Origin: Tubulanus polymorphus
Taxonomy: Eukaryota; Animalia; Nemertea
Assembly (NCBI RefSeq): GCF_964204645.1
Contig: NC_134027.1
Coordinates: 24,824,560-24,888,559 of the forward strand
Reading direction: 5' to 3'
Length of the DNA: 64,000 nt
Within the stretch, counting starts at the first letter, position 1; the number at the start of each line of letters is the position of its first letter. Position numbers and translations under genes: made by a program. The notes beneath the pieces were generated by a model. It worked only from the letters and a program-made list of their open reading frames with translations, searched no databases and was not told where the DNA came from. Positions 1 through 10,868 of this stretch are shown here, piece by piece.

Positions 1-537
1 AGAGGTTTCAAATTATGCCCCTTTTCTTGGAGGGTATATTATTGATGTTTTAATGGGTATAGTAAAACCAATAGAACGATCAATAAGTTCTCTATGCTAG
101 CACTACAGCGTTAGCCCGCTCGAATACCAATATTTGTGGCACTAATTTCGTCCAGGGATTGAAAAGAAATTTGCATATTAATTCGCATATCAATTTGCAT
201 ATTGATGACAACAATTCGACCGTCCATTCACGGAGTAGGTCGGATGCGTGACGTGAATGCTGGAAGAACTTGTGAAAATTTGATGATTTGAATATCGAGT
301 TAAATTCTAAATTGCTTTGGGTGATTGCAGCTAATAATGGTCAGAGTGTGGGGGGGGGGAGAAGTGGCTCAAAAATTGGATAAAAACTATAGTTAACAAC
401 AAATTTTCAACTGACACTATGTCATCCACAGGTTAACTGCAACTTTTGAGCAGCCCCAGGATGTCAATGTCAGCTAGGTTGATTAGTTCACTCAAGACGG
501 CTTAGTAAGGTAACAATTAACCCAACAGCACTAAAGT

Positions 538-755
538 CGCCCGTATCCGCCCTGACTATTACTCCTCAAGCCGCCTGTATCCACCCTGACTATTACTCCT
601 CAAGCCGCCCGTATCCACCCTGACTATGACTCCTCAAGCCGCCCGAATCCGCCCTGACTATTACTCCTCAAGCCGCCCGTATCCACCCTGACTATTACTC
701 CTCAATCCGCCCGAATCCGCCCTGACTATTACTCCTCAAGCCGCCCGAATCCGCC
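538..755. repeat. 34-bp minisatellite (GCCGCCCGTATCCACCCTGACTATTACTCCTCAA), ~6.5 copies
   Basis: Unit recurs at 541, 575, 609, 643, 677, 711 and 745 with few substitutions. Confidence 0.95.
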
Positions 756-1683
756 CCGGCACTTCTTCCATATGCTGCACAAAAACGGTTATAGTGGGAT
801 TCGAACCCAACAGCTTATGATAAACTAGACATCTAAGTCCTCGAAAATACCGAACAGAAATCAACATCCTCCTATTTCAATTTCTCGAGTATTTCGAGTT
901 CGAACATGACACATCTGAGCGCTCATTTCAAATCAAAGTAAATTTGGATGAATTTTGGGGGGGCCAAAAGGGCACGATTTTTGATGGCCCACCTCATCAA
1001 CTTGGATGAACTTGGATTTTACCTTGAATGCTTAAACAAAGCGAAGTGAGTCGCTTCCGGAACCGGTTGCAATTCAGACGAAATGATTTGACCGGTGCTG
1101 AAATTTGTGCTGAACTCTTTCTTTAAAAATTCACTTAAAAACAGACCGATGTCAACATTATTTCCATCCTCTGGATCAGACTTCCATGGATCACAAAAAA
1201 AAAAACAATCGAATTCTCAAACGACTGCGTTTTAAAAAATTCGTATTTTATTACATATATTTCGGACGTATGAGAAAAAAAAAAACGTTTCGAAAAAATG
1301 TTTCGATGCACATCAATTCAACCGATCAAATACATACGGTCGCGCGATAAAATTAAAACCCGCTACGTGTAGAAAATTTAAAAGATTAAGAATTCAAAAC
1401 GAAATCTGGAAAAAATATTCTAAATCTAAAAAAGCAATGCTTCTGATTCAATCTAGAGAACATCATTAGGCGTAAGAGGGGGGGGGGGGGGTTATATATG
1501 CGCAGTCCGACCCACGGAAAAGAACAGGAACTGAATTTCCCTTCGATATAAACGAAAAATTCTGTAAATTCGACCGCCGATCACTTTATCTGTACTATAT
1601 CTATAAAATAAATAACAGGGTCAATCCTCATTTTAGGAGCAAAAAAAACCTCGTATCATGATTTCTATGTAGGCTTTACATTA

Positions 1684-1751
1684 TTTGTTTGTTTGTTTGG
1701 CTTTACGTCGTTTGGATCTTGGTTTCCCAAGACTAACCCTATTGGATTATT
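1684..1751 (-). mobile_element. 3' tail fragment of the tRNA-derived SINE family
   Basis: The reverse complement AATAATCCAATAGGGTTAGTCTTGGGAAACCAAGATCCAAACGACGTAAAGCCAAACAAACAAAC matches the 3' end of the SINE at 17961-18168. Confidence 0.75.
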
Positions 1752-2400
1752 ACCAAAAAATGTGCAGCAAAATTTTTTCCCTACCTATTTACACTAATTA
1801 ATTGTGGAAAAAATTTGACTGGAAGCAAACACACTGGCCAAGGTAATAATTAATTAGTTGTTGGTTATTTCTTCGTAGCTGATGACGGTCCCTTCAGAAG
1901 GAATGTCGTTTAACTTACGATCTTCGTTCTAAATATGGATCTAATTTTCATCTTTTGAATTTCTATTCATGCTGTCACCATCAATTCAATGGGGGAAATT
2001 CTACGCATACGCGCGCGCTTTATTTGATCATTTCAACTGAAGCGACTTATGAGTCTAACTTACGGCCAGATACGACTAGTTTCTTTAATTTCTATTCATA
2101 ATTCATTATGTAATGGGTATGTCAATACATGCAAAATGATAAATAAATTGGTAAACGCCATCATTTTCATATCCCAATTACAGTATACTCAACTCCGTTT
2201 CTGAATTCGGTAAACGCCTAATTGGGTAAAAAAAAAATCTTGGTCCCAACTGTACTGATTTAGGCGTAGTCTGATGTACAACTAACAAGGTGTTTCTCAA
2301 AAAAAGAGCGACTTTTAAAAGAGTTTCTGACATTTCGCTCAAATTAAAGGAGTTTCAAGCATTTTCTGTTTTGACGGAGTTTTTAAGGAATCAAAGAGAC

Positions 2401-2900
2401 GTATGGACCCTGTAAAATGAATAAAAAGAGAGGCATATAGTGGGTTTTAAATCTTAATAGCTTCTACGGGCTGTTCAAGTATTTAAGGAGAATTTCAATA
2501 TATACAATGACCCACAAGTCGATGATTTGATGAAAACTTCAAGTACCGACGAAAAAATAAACCAATTTCGTGTATGGACTCGGTAAAATGAATAAAAAGA
2601 GAGGTATACAGTGGGTTTTAATCTTATCAGCTTCTACGGGCTATTCAAGTATTTACGGAGAATTTCAATATATACAATGACCCACAAGATTTGATGATTT
2701 GATGAAAGCATCAAGTACCGACTAAAAAATAAAACATTTTGAGTATGGACTCGGTAAAATGAATAAAAAGAGAGGTATACAGTAGGTTTTAATCTTATTA
2801 GCTTCTACGGGCTATTCATTTACAGAAAATTTCAATATATACAATGACCCATAAGTCGATGAAAGCATCAAGTACCGACGAAAAATTTCATATGAACCCT
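2401..2900. repeat. 171-bp tandem repeat, ~3 copies
   Basis: GTATGGAC..GTAAAATGAATAAAAAGAGAGG starts at 2401, 2572 and 2743; the third copy has deletions. Confidence 0.9.
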
Positions 2901-3287
2901 GTGTCCTCGCTAAAATGCTCGGCGCGTTTCACCGAAATTCTCCGAGTCTCAGCAGCTGCGCGATTTTCCACGGACGGACTGACATCCAGACGGACGGTCG
3001 ACCCGAGGGGGGGAGAGAACGTAATCTAGTATTTATGACGGAAGCGAGCAAACGTTTATATCGCCGTGTTTACAGTAATAACCAGCCGGCAAATGCCATG
3101 ACTACACCGGCGAAATCACTCCAAATTGTCAACGATTAATCGTTATTCAAACAATTCGAATTCATATAAACGCACACACGCACTCGCACGCAAACACACG
3201 TCAACGCGAATGGACGGTTAGCAAACGAAGCATCGCCGTTATTATATAAATTACCTCTTCTATAGTGTTGATGATAATTCATCATCG

Positions 3288-3730
3288 GCGTGGAGCTATT
3301 TTCCACTCACCCCACCCCCATCAAGAAGGAGTTACCCCCTTTTCTATCCCGCCAGAATCAAAGCTAACCACCTTTCTATCCCACAATGGAGCTATCCACC
3401 CCTTTCGATCACACCATGGAGCTATCCTTCCTTTCCCTTTTCTAACCCATCTTTCATGCCATATAGCTATCCCCTCTCTTTATTATCATGTAGCTATCCT
3501 ATCCTATCTCTCCCACGCTATGGAACTATCCCCCTTATTTTCTTATCATTCATTCATCATGGAACTAACCCATCTCACCCATACTACGGAGCTATCCCCT
3601 TTTTTCCATTTCACTGAGCTATCATCTATCTACCCTGCCACGGAGCTATTCCCTTTCTCCCTTATCACGGAGCTATCCTCTCTCCCCTGCCATGAAGCTA
3701 TCCCCTTCCCTCCCTTATGATGGAGCCGTA
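3288..3730. repeat. Degenerate array: ~15 copies of a (T/C)GGAGCTATCC core separated by variable pyrimidine-rich spacers
   Basis: Core seen at ~3291, 3328, 3361, 3387, 3417, 3464, 3490, 3520, 3560, 3587, 3615, 3641, 3668, 3693 and 3721. Confidence 0.8.
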
Positions 3731-3924
3731 CATCCTTTCATTTAACATTTCCTTCAGTCAATGGCTGATTCATCTAGTTCGACGACAAGTGAACTTATTT
3801 TGTATGAATTCAGTGGTGAAGATCAACTATCGATACAAAAAAAATTACACAGCCACTTATCACCTGATGATTGATCGACGTTCGAAATTACCGAGAAAAT
3901 GAGTCGAATTTGTCTCGATCACGT

Positions 3925-5796
3925 TCAAAGACACGTTATTTCGTCGTCGATCGCAACAATGGATGGGTTTCTGTATGCATAGGTATGAGGTATCCGCGAC
4001 GAGGTGTCGGTCAAGGTCGGGTGGTCCGCAATAACATCCGACTCCGAGGTAAAATCGTTTTCGAATTTCAAGCGTTTTTGCGCGACGGATCCGGCCGACG
4101 ACGACGACGCTTTCAAAATCGACTGCGGCCGGAGAATTCTCGACCGATCGACGGAATCCGTTTGCGCGGTCGACGGCGATTCCTCGACGACCGTTTGAGC
4201 GCCGTCTAGCGACAGCGTCGAGTTGACGGTGCTGACGGACGGAAGACGCGAACACGATTGACGCGCGTGTCGGTCGCTCGCCGCGGTGGCGCGATCTTTC
4301 AACGATCCCGAAATCGAAGCCAGTCGTCCGCGATGCGTCCGCGCGCGACTCGTTTCGGCAGACGTCGACGCGTCGTCGTCGTCGCGATGTATACAACGCC
4401 CGAGGCACGTGACGTAAAAAAAGTCGCTGAACACGCGTCGGAATTGACCGGTGCGAAAACCGTGCATCGCCGCGTTCAACAACGACTTCGACAGAATCCA
4501 CGCGAAGAAGAACAGGTAGTAGGTGTTCGCGGACGTCCGCTCGTCGGCGTAGACGCAGACGCCGCAGTGCAGGAACAAATACACGAAAAACGGCAGGTAG
4601 AACACGACGACGGCGACCATATCGGCTTGAGTCAGACGGACGACCGTCACGATGGCGCCGAAGTCGTGTCGCGTCATGTTTCGCACGATCGACGTCGTGC
4701 GCAGCTTCGCGCGAATACGCGCCGAAACGCGGTGTATCTTGACGTGCAGTAAACACGCGCCGACGAACGCCGCGCCGCAAATCGCGAAAACGACGACGAA
4801 ATACGCCGTCGGGTAATAATCGAAAAATCGACACGTCAACGAAAACATGTCCGACCAGCGGTGGCCGTAACGAACGAAGTCGTAGTTCGGCGGGTATTTC
4901 ACGTCGTTGTTGAAGCCCATGATCGGCACGAAGCCGACGACAAACGCCAGATTCCACGCGAGCACCAACGCCATCGCGACCAGTTTCTTGTCGATGTACG
5001 CGCGGTACGCGGTCGGAAAGACGAGCCGCGCGAAACAATCCGCGCTGAGCGCGAGCAGCGTCAACGACGACACGATCATCGACGTGAAGAAAAGGCTCTC
5101 GCCGAGGAAACAGTTGACGCCGTTCGCGCCGTACGCGCGCAACGACGCGTAGATCGGTAGCCGCGCGACGCCGTAGAAACCGGCGACCGTGTCGGCGACG
5201 CACAAGCTGCGCACGTAGATCAGCGTCGGGTCTTTGTCGCCGGCGCGCGCGAATTTCGACGCCAGCAAGATCACGGCGTTCGCCGCGATCACCATCACGC
5301 CGATTATCACGGCGAGGATCAACGCCAGAAAGTCCAAATTGTTCACGCGAAACGGCGACGGCGAATCGGCAGTCGCGGCGATTAACGGGAGACTCGTCGC
5401 CGCGAGTGACGTCGAGTTTCGCGCGCTTTTATCGACGTCGTCGAAATTCGATAGCGACAAATTTTCCGCGGCGAGCGTCGAATTTAAGAAGATCGTCGAC
5501 ACAATTTCAGAAGGTATGGATGTGGATTGTTGAAGCGTCGAACTCGTCAAGTTCGGAAAGTATCCTGTAAGCGTGGAAGGTGTTGAACTAGTCGAATTCT
5601 GAAAGTATCCGACAAGTGTCGAAGGTGTTGAATTGGTCGAATTCTGGGGATGCGTCCGCGTCCAAGTTTGCGAACTTCTATCGTCGTTCTCATCAGCGGA
5701 GAAATACTCAGTAATATTTAACGAGGACGGTGTTGCTAGCTCGAGGCGATCGCGCGGTGACCGAGTGGAATTACGGCCGGTCGTGTGATTCGACAT
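3925..5796 (-). CDS. Class A (rhodopsin-like) orphan GPCR, 623 aa, with a long Ser/Thr-rich N-glycosylated ectodomain; single coding exon
   Basis: Seven hydrophobic segments. TM1 ANAVI, TM2 SLCVAD, TM3 ending ALSADCF (DRY position), TM4 AW...VP, TM6 FYLP, TM7 KSLLNAAMH (NPxxY position). Many NxS/T sites in the N-terminus. A probable splice acceptor (ggttttag) at 5858-5859 implies an upstream non-coding exon. Confidence 0.9.
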   Translation of the reverse strand: MSNHTTGRNSTRSPRDRLELATPSSLNITEYFSADENDDRSSQTWTRTHPQNSTNSTPSTLVGYFQNSTSSTPSTLTGYFPNLTSSTLQQSTSIPSEIVSTIFLNSTLAAENLSLSNFDDVDKSARNSTSLAATSLPLIAATADSPSPFRVNNLDFLALILAVIIGVMVIAANAVILLASKFARAGDKDPTLIYVRSLCVADTVAGFYGVARLPIYASLRAYGANGVNCFLGESLFFTSMIVSSLTLLALSADCFARLVFPTAYRAYIDKKLVAMALVLAWNLAFVVGFVPIMGFNNDVKYPPNYDFVRYGHRWSDMFSLTCRFFDYYPTAYFVVVFAICGAAFVGACLLHVKIHRVSARIRAKLRTTSIVRNMTRHDFGAIVTVVRLTQADMVAVVVFYLPFFVYLFLHCGVCVYADERTSANTYYLFFFAWILSKSLLNAAMHGFRTGQFRRVFSDFFYVTCLGRCIHRDDDDASTSAETSRARTHRGRLASISGSLKDRATAASDRHARQSCSRLPSVSTVNSTLSLDGAQTVVEESPSTAQTDSVDRSRILRPQSILKASSSSAGSVAQKRLKFENDFTSESDVIADHPTLTDTSSRIPHTYAYRNPSIVAIDDEITCL

Positions 5797-5871
5797 CGAG
5801 GAACGCTAAACGTAGTATCATCGCGCAGTCCGACGACATTGTGGGTCCGTGCGCGATCTAAAACCGGAATC

Positions 5872-6505
5872 GCCAGTGGTATGAAAGTGTAATCCAGTTA
5901 CTATTAGCCAGTGGTATGAAAGTGTAATCCTGTTACTGTTAGCCAGTGGTGTGGAAGTGTAATCCTGTTACAAGGAGCCACTGCTATTGAAGTGTAATCC
6001 TATTACTAGTAGCCAGTGGTATGAAAGTGTAATCCTGTTACTGTTAGCCAGTGGTATGGAAGTGTAATCCTGTTACAAGGAGCCACTGCTATTGAAGTGT
6101 AATCCTATTACTAGTAGCCAGTGGTATGAAAGTGTAATCCTGTTACTGTTAGCCAGTGGTATGGAAGTGTAATCCTGTTACTGTTAGCCAGTGGTATGAA
6201 AGTGTAATCCTGTTACTGTTAGCCAGTGGTATGAAAGTGTAATCCTGTTACTGTTAGCCAGTGGTATGAAAGTGTTATCCTGTTACTGTTAGCCAGTGGC
6301 ATGGAAGTGTAATCCTGTTACTGTTAGCCAGTGGTATCGAAGTGTAATCCTGTTACTGTTAGCCAGTGGTATCGAAGTGTAATCCTGTTACTGTTAGCCA
6401 GTGGTATGGAAGTGTAATCCTGTTACTATTAGCCAGTGGTGTGGAAGTGTAATCCTGTTACTGTTAGCCAGTGGTATGGAAGTGTAATCCTGTTACTGTT
6501 AGCCG
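5872..6505. repeat. 35-bp minisatellite (AGCCAGTGGTATGGAAGTGTAATCCTGTTACTGTT), ~18 copies
   Basis: Near-perfect 35-nt period, with one variant (CAAGGAGCCACTGCTATTG) recurring at a 105-bp spacing. It abuts the probable acceptor of the GPCR coding exon. Confidence 0.97.
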
Positions 6506-6615
6506 GCGATATGAAATACAACGTGAACAATGTGTAATCCCATTATGACAACTGTTGTTCATTTGGTTGATGGAAATAAAAACACCACAGCTGAAACTCA
6601 CTACAGAAAACTCAA

Positions 6616-6661
6616 ACAGCAGCAGTAGCAGCATCAGCAGCAGCAGTAGCAGCAGCAGCAG
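6616..6661. repeat. (CAG/TAG)n microsatellite
   Basis: cagcagcagtagcagcatcagcagcagcagtagcagcagcagcag. Confidence 0.9.
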
Positions 6662-6949
6662 GTGACAACAGACTGAAATTATTTAGTCCATCACGAATGT
6701 TTCCACATTCTTACACCAATTATCAGAAGAGAATTTCTGACATTTCAATCAGTCACACGTCTGTGTTTTTCACTTATTTCGCAAAATGTTTTTTGTTGAA
6801 ACTATCATCGCAGCTGGTTCCCGATGCTGCTATATCCGTTTTTGAACCGGTTCGAAACACGTCAAATTTCAAAAGTAAATTCGTACGAAATTAGTTTTTA
6901 CTTCCTTTCATATTTATCCTCGTTGAGTCACAAACATAGAATTTATAAC

Positions 6950-7265
6950 GCTGAATTCCCAAAACCGGGTAATTACGGTAAATAGTAAAACCATTGAACT
7001 ATTGTAACAGTTACGTTAGAAACACTGAACTGACTGTCGGCGTAATTACTGTAAAAACTACCTAATCACTGTAAATAGTTAGAACTGCTGAGTTAACCAC
7101 CAGAAATTACTGTAAACAGTAACAACCACTGAATTCAACGCTCGAAATTACTGTAAATAGTTACAATCACTGAATTCACCACCAGAAACTACTGCAAATA
7201 GTCACAACCACTGAATTCACTGCCAAAAAAATTACCGTAAACAATTACAACTACTGAATTCATTG
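6950..7265. repeat. Degenerate ~42-bp minisatellite (AATTACTGTAAATAGTTACAACCACTGAATTCAC...)
   Basis: Recurrent AATTACTGTAAA and CACTGAATTC motifs at ~40-45 nt spacing. Confidence 0.75.
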
Positions 7266-8370
7266 TATTTAGTTCGCGTAAATATTTACAACACGACAGA
7301 ACTTAAATTGCCGCAAATTCATCCGTTCACGAAAACGAACTTCCATCACAAAATTTACAAAATAACTTTAATTTTGAACCTTGGAACGTAAACACTGGCG
7401 GCGGCGACGGTTATTGTAAACGTAAATCCGATAGATCCGACTGCTATCGACGATCGAGCACCGTAACTGCGAATGCTCGTGTGCGTTATCTCGACATGCA
7501 TGAAATAATAATCAGCAGATATCGCCGGCGCTACGCGGTATGTCGCGTCGTCATCGCCGTACCGCTACCAGGTGTTGATGCATCGAACCCGCCGATATCC
7601 GCTAAAAACTAAACGGCTCTCATTAAATATTCCATTTGTCGGCGCGAACGCTTTTTTCTCTACTTTTTTTTTTTAAAGAAAAATAAATTTTTCGGCGAAT
7701 TTCCGAACAGCCGGTGCGGACGGCGCGAACGAGTTCTCTAGATACGGAGTTAATTTCGTAGCAGGTGTATTTAATGTCGCCGGTCGGGTATTATTAGCCG
7801 AGTGCGCGCGTGCGTGCGCGGCACGAGTGCGACGACAATGAATTAGTAATGAGAATAACGGCGAGTTCAGATGAAATTGGCAAAACGACTCAATTAACAA
7901 TTAATTAAACCGCTCGATTCGCAATACAAACACACCAGTTAACGCTTCATTTACCGCGGAGATCGGCGCAAACTTCGTAAATCCCCCCAATGACATCATC
8001 CAGGGTCTCTACAAAATCAGTCGTTCTCGGATATAAGGAGTTCGGAAGGAGATGATTTCGAAATGACACCGACAGAAACGTTTTTGAGGAATCGTTTACA
8101 ATGTTGTTATAGAATATGATAGGGTAATTCAGGGGAGGGGGAGGCGCACTTTTATGTAAATGGGGACACCTCCATAAAATAATCATCATCTAAAGACCCT
8201 CCTACATAAGATGGCAGCTTACATTAATCTCCCAATGACATCATCAAATTGCGTAATAATTTCTTGCTCTGTAGGCCTCCTACCTAAGATGGCAACTTTA
8301 TAATTATCCCAATGACATCATTTATTAATTTGGATCCTACTAAAATAATGATGGTTGCTTCAATTATTAT

Positions 8371-8800
8371 TCCCCCAATGACATCATCAAATTGTGTAGT
8401 AATTGTTTGATCTATAGACCGTCTGATGCAAGATTCCTCACAAGACATAATTCCCCCAATGACATCATCAAATTGTGTAGTAATTGTTTGATCTATAGAC
8501 CGTCTGATGCAAGATTCCTCACAAGACATAATTCCCCCCAATGACATCATCAAATTGTGTAGTAATTGTTTGATCTATAGACCGTCTGATGCAAGATTCC
8601 TCACAAGACATAATTCCCCCAATGACATCATCAAATTGTGTAGTAATTGTTTGATCTATAGACCGTCTGATGCAAGATTCCTCACAAGACATAATTCCCC
8701 CAATGACATCATCAAATTGTGTAGTAATTGTTTGATCTATAGACCGTCTGATGCAAGATTCCTCACAAGACATAATTCCCCCAATGACATCATCGAATTG
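8371..8800. repeat. 81-bp tandem repeat, ~5.3 near-identical copies, with degenerate relatives at ~7985 and 8200-8330
   Basis: Unit CCCCAATGACATCATCAAATTGTGTAGTAATTGTTTGATCTATAGACCGTCTGATGCAAGATTCCTCACAAGACATAATT. It produces the 27-aa periodic ORFs in the ORF track. Confidence 0.97.
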
Positions 8801-10299
8801 CTGAGTAATTTGTTCGGTAGACTTTTACTCACTCGCTGATTTATTCATTGATCGAGTAACTCTGCGTCTGCCTGCGTTCAGTTAACACAGATACAGAAAT
8901 AACTCAGGCACGAGAATGACGGAGATGATGTAATGCGCGGATGCAGAGAGACAGACAGACGCAGAGAGACAGCCGACGCTGACAGACAGCGAACGTCAAC
9001 GCGATAACGAATCTACGACGCATTATATTTCCGGTTTAATAGAGAATTACGGAGCACGCGAACGAAAAAAAAAGAAGAAACGTCACCGTTATCACGCGTG
9101 CGCTGACTAACAGCCGAGCAGACGGGTCTAATGGGTTTTTAAATCGTCGTGTTTCGAATACGACAGACATGTCTTGACTGTAGTCACGCCCAATCACTAC
9201 AGACTTTCTCATTCACCTCGACGAACGGGTAAAGTCGCGTAAAAGTCGCACCGAGGCGAAAGTCGGCACTAATCAGAACATTCAGCGAGTCAAAAGCCTT
9301 TTTCGTAAATCCAGAATTCCAGGGGCGTGGTTTCATAAACCGGTATCGAAGTTATCCGTAGGGATAACTCTTAAATCTGGGTAACAACCACCGTAGTAAC
9401 GACGAGAAACCACGGTTATAGCTGATGAATTTCGAAATGTTCCCCGGGACTATTTTTTGCTTCCACATCTACGAAACCCGGTCATGGTATTTTCCTAATA
9501 AACGAAAAGCCATGAAAATACACGATCCCAACTTGAATTTGCGCGTAAAGACACCAGATCGCGATAAAATTTGTCAATGCTGCCACTTTCCCGAAAAACC
9601 TACTGTCGAGGAGGATACAGGAATGAATAACGCCTCAATTAAAATACGTAAAAGTTGACACTTTTTAAATGTCATTCAATACACAACTAATTTAGGAACT
9701 AAACCGAAAATCTGACTTTTCCGAAAAACTCAGTCGAGAACGCAAGAATAACGATATAATTGAAATACGCTGCTTTTTACGCCACTGTGTCACCGGACGA
9801 CAAAATGCTAATCATTTTCCCAGTCTAATCAAGACGATGATCACCTCGCGTCGCTTTGACTGCCCTGGAATCGACTTGCCTCGGAGCGGAATATTAATTG
9901 CTTCCGCGAAAGCCGAGGCCAGCGCAGTGTTTTTAAGGTTTTTGATTTTCGATGAAATCGGGCCTCGGGCTTTGCGTTCATTATAGACGAAATAATAGAT
10001 ACTGTCGCTGTATGTGTATCATTGAAATCATTCTAACTATATTTAAAACTATAGAAAAAGAAGAGAAAATTCTTTTGTTTCAGAACTTGAAGATCTAAAA
10101 TTCTTAGAAAACACCTTAAGCCATTCGAAATCTACAAAAATCTCAGCGGTATATTTCAGACAAGCTGCTTTGTTTTTTTTCAAATACGACGTCCCCAGTG
10201 ACTGGACTTGTCGCAGAAAGAGAACAAGGTATCAAGGCAAATCACAATGCGCCATCTATACCGCTTACAAGTTACAACGCAGACTGGCTGAAATTTTAT

Positions 10300-10835
10300 T
10301 ACTGAATAGGACCATTTTCTTCTCCTCAGAAATAAGAACACTTTCTCCTATCAAATAGTATCATGTTCTACTGAGAAATAGGGACATTTTCTACGACAAA
10401 ATAGGGCAATCTTCTTTTCAGAACTAGGAACACTTTCCACTACAAAATAGGACCATTCTCTACTCAGGAATCTGAACACTTTCCACTACAAAATAGGATC
10501 AATTTCTACTCAGGAACAATTCTCCTCAGAAATAAGAACACTTTCTCCTATCAAATAGTATCATGTTCTACTGAGAAATAGGGACATTTTCTACGACAAA
10601 ATAGGGCAATTTTCTTTTCAGAACTAGGAATAATTTCCACTACAAAATAGGACCATTCTCTACTCAGGAATAGGAACACTTCCACTACAAATCCTTCAAA
10701 ATAAGAACAGATCCTATGAAATCGGCACACACGCTTTAAAATTGGAACGGATCCTTCATAACAGGAACAGACCAGTCAAAAGAGGAACACTGGTCTAAAG
10801 ATAGGAACACATCCTTTGAAATGGGAACCCGCCCT
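10300..10835. repeat. Degenerate ~22-bp minisatellite (AAATAGGAACAC-like) containing a ~200-bp higher-order duplication
   Basis: TCTCCTCAGAAATAAGAACACTTTCTCCTATCAAATAGTATCATG occurs at 10321 and 10521. Confidence 0.85.
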
Positions 10836-10868
10836 AAAAATAATCGAATGTATAAGTGAACAACTTAC

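Noticed and set aside
190-262. Possible minus-strand terminal exon after TTCTTCCAG
   Set aside because: No recognisable domain in any frame, and it does not resemble the expected Tudor-gene continuation.
2401-2900. 171-bp period matching the length of primate alpha satellite
   Set aside because: Only three copies, no sequence resemblance or CENP-B box noticed, and it lies in a genic region. The length is probably a coincidence.
3288-3730. CRISPR-like repeat-spacer appearance
   Set aside because: The core is only ~11 nt and degenerate, the spacers are low-complexity, the context is eukaryotic and there are no cas genes.
3860-5203. 447-aa Arg-rich overlapping ORF and several antisense ORFs over the GPCR
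   Set aside because: Expected shadow frames of CpG/GC3-rich codon usage; no domain features.
8284-8839. Periodic Cys-containing ORFs on both strands
   Set aside because: Translations of the 81-bp tandem repeat. A 1-nt indel breaks the frame and no splice sites link them to a gene.
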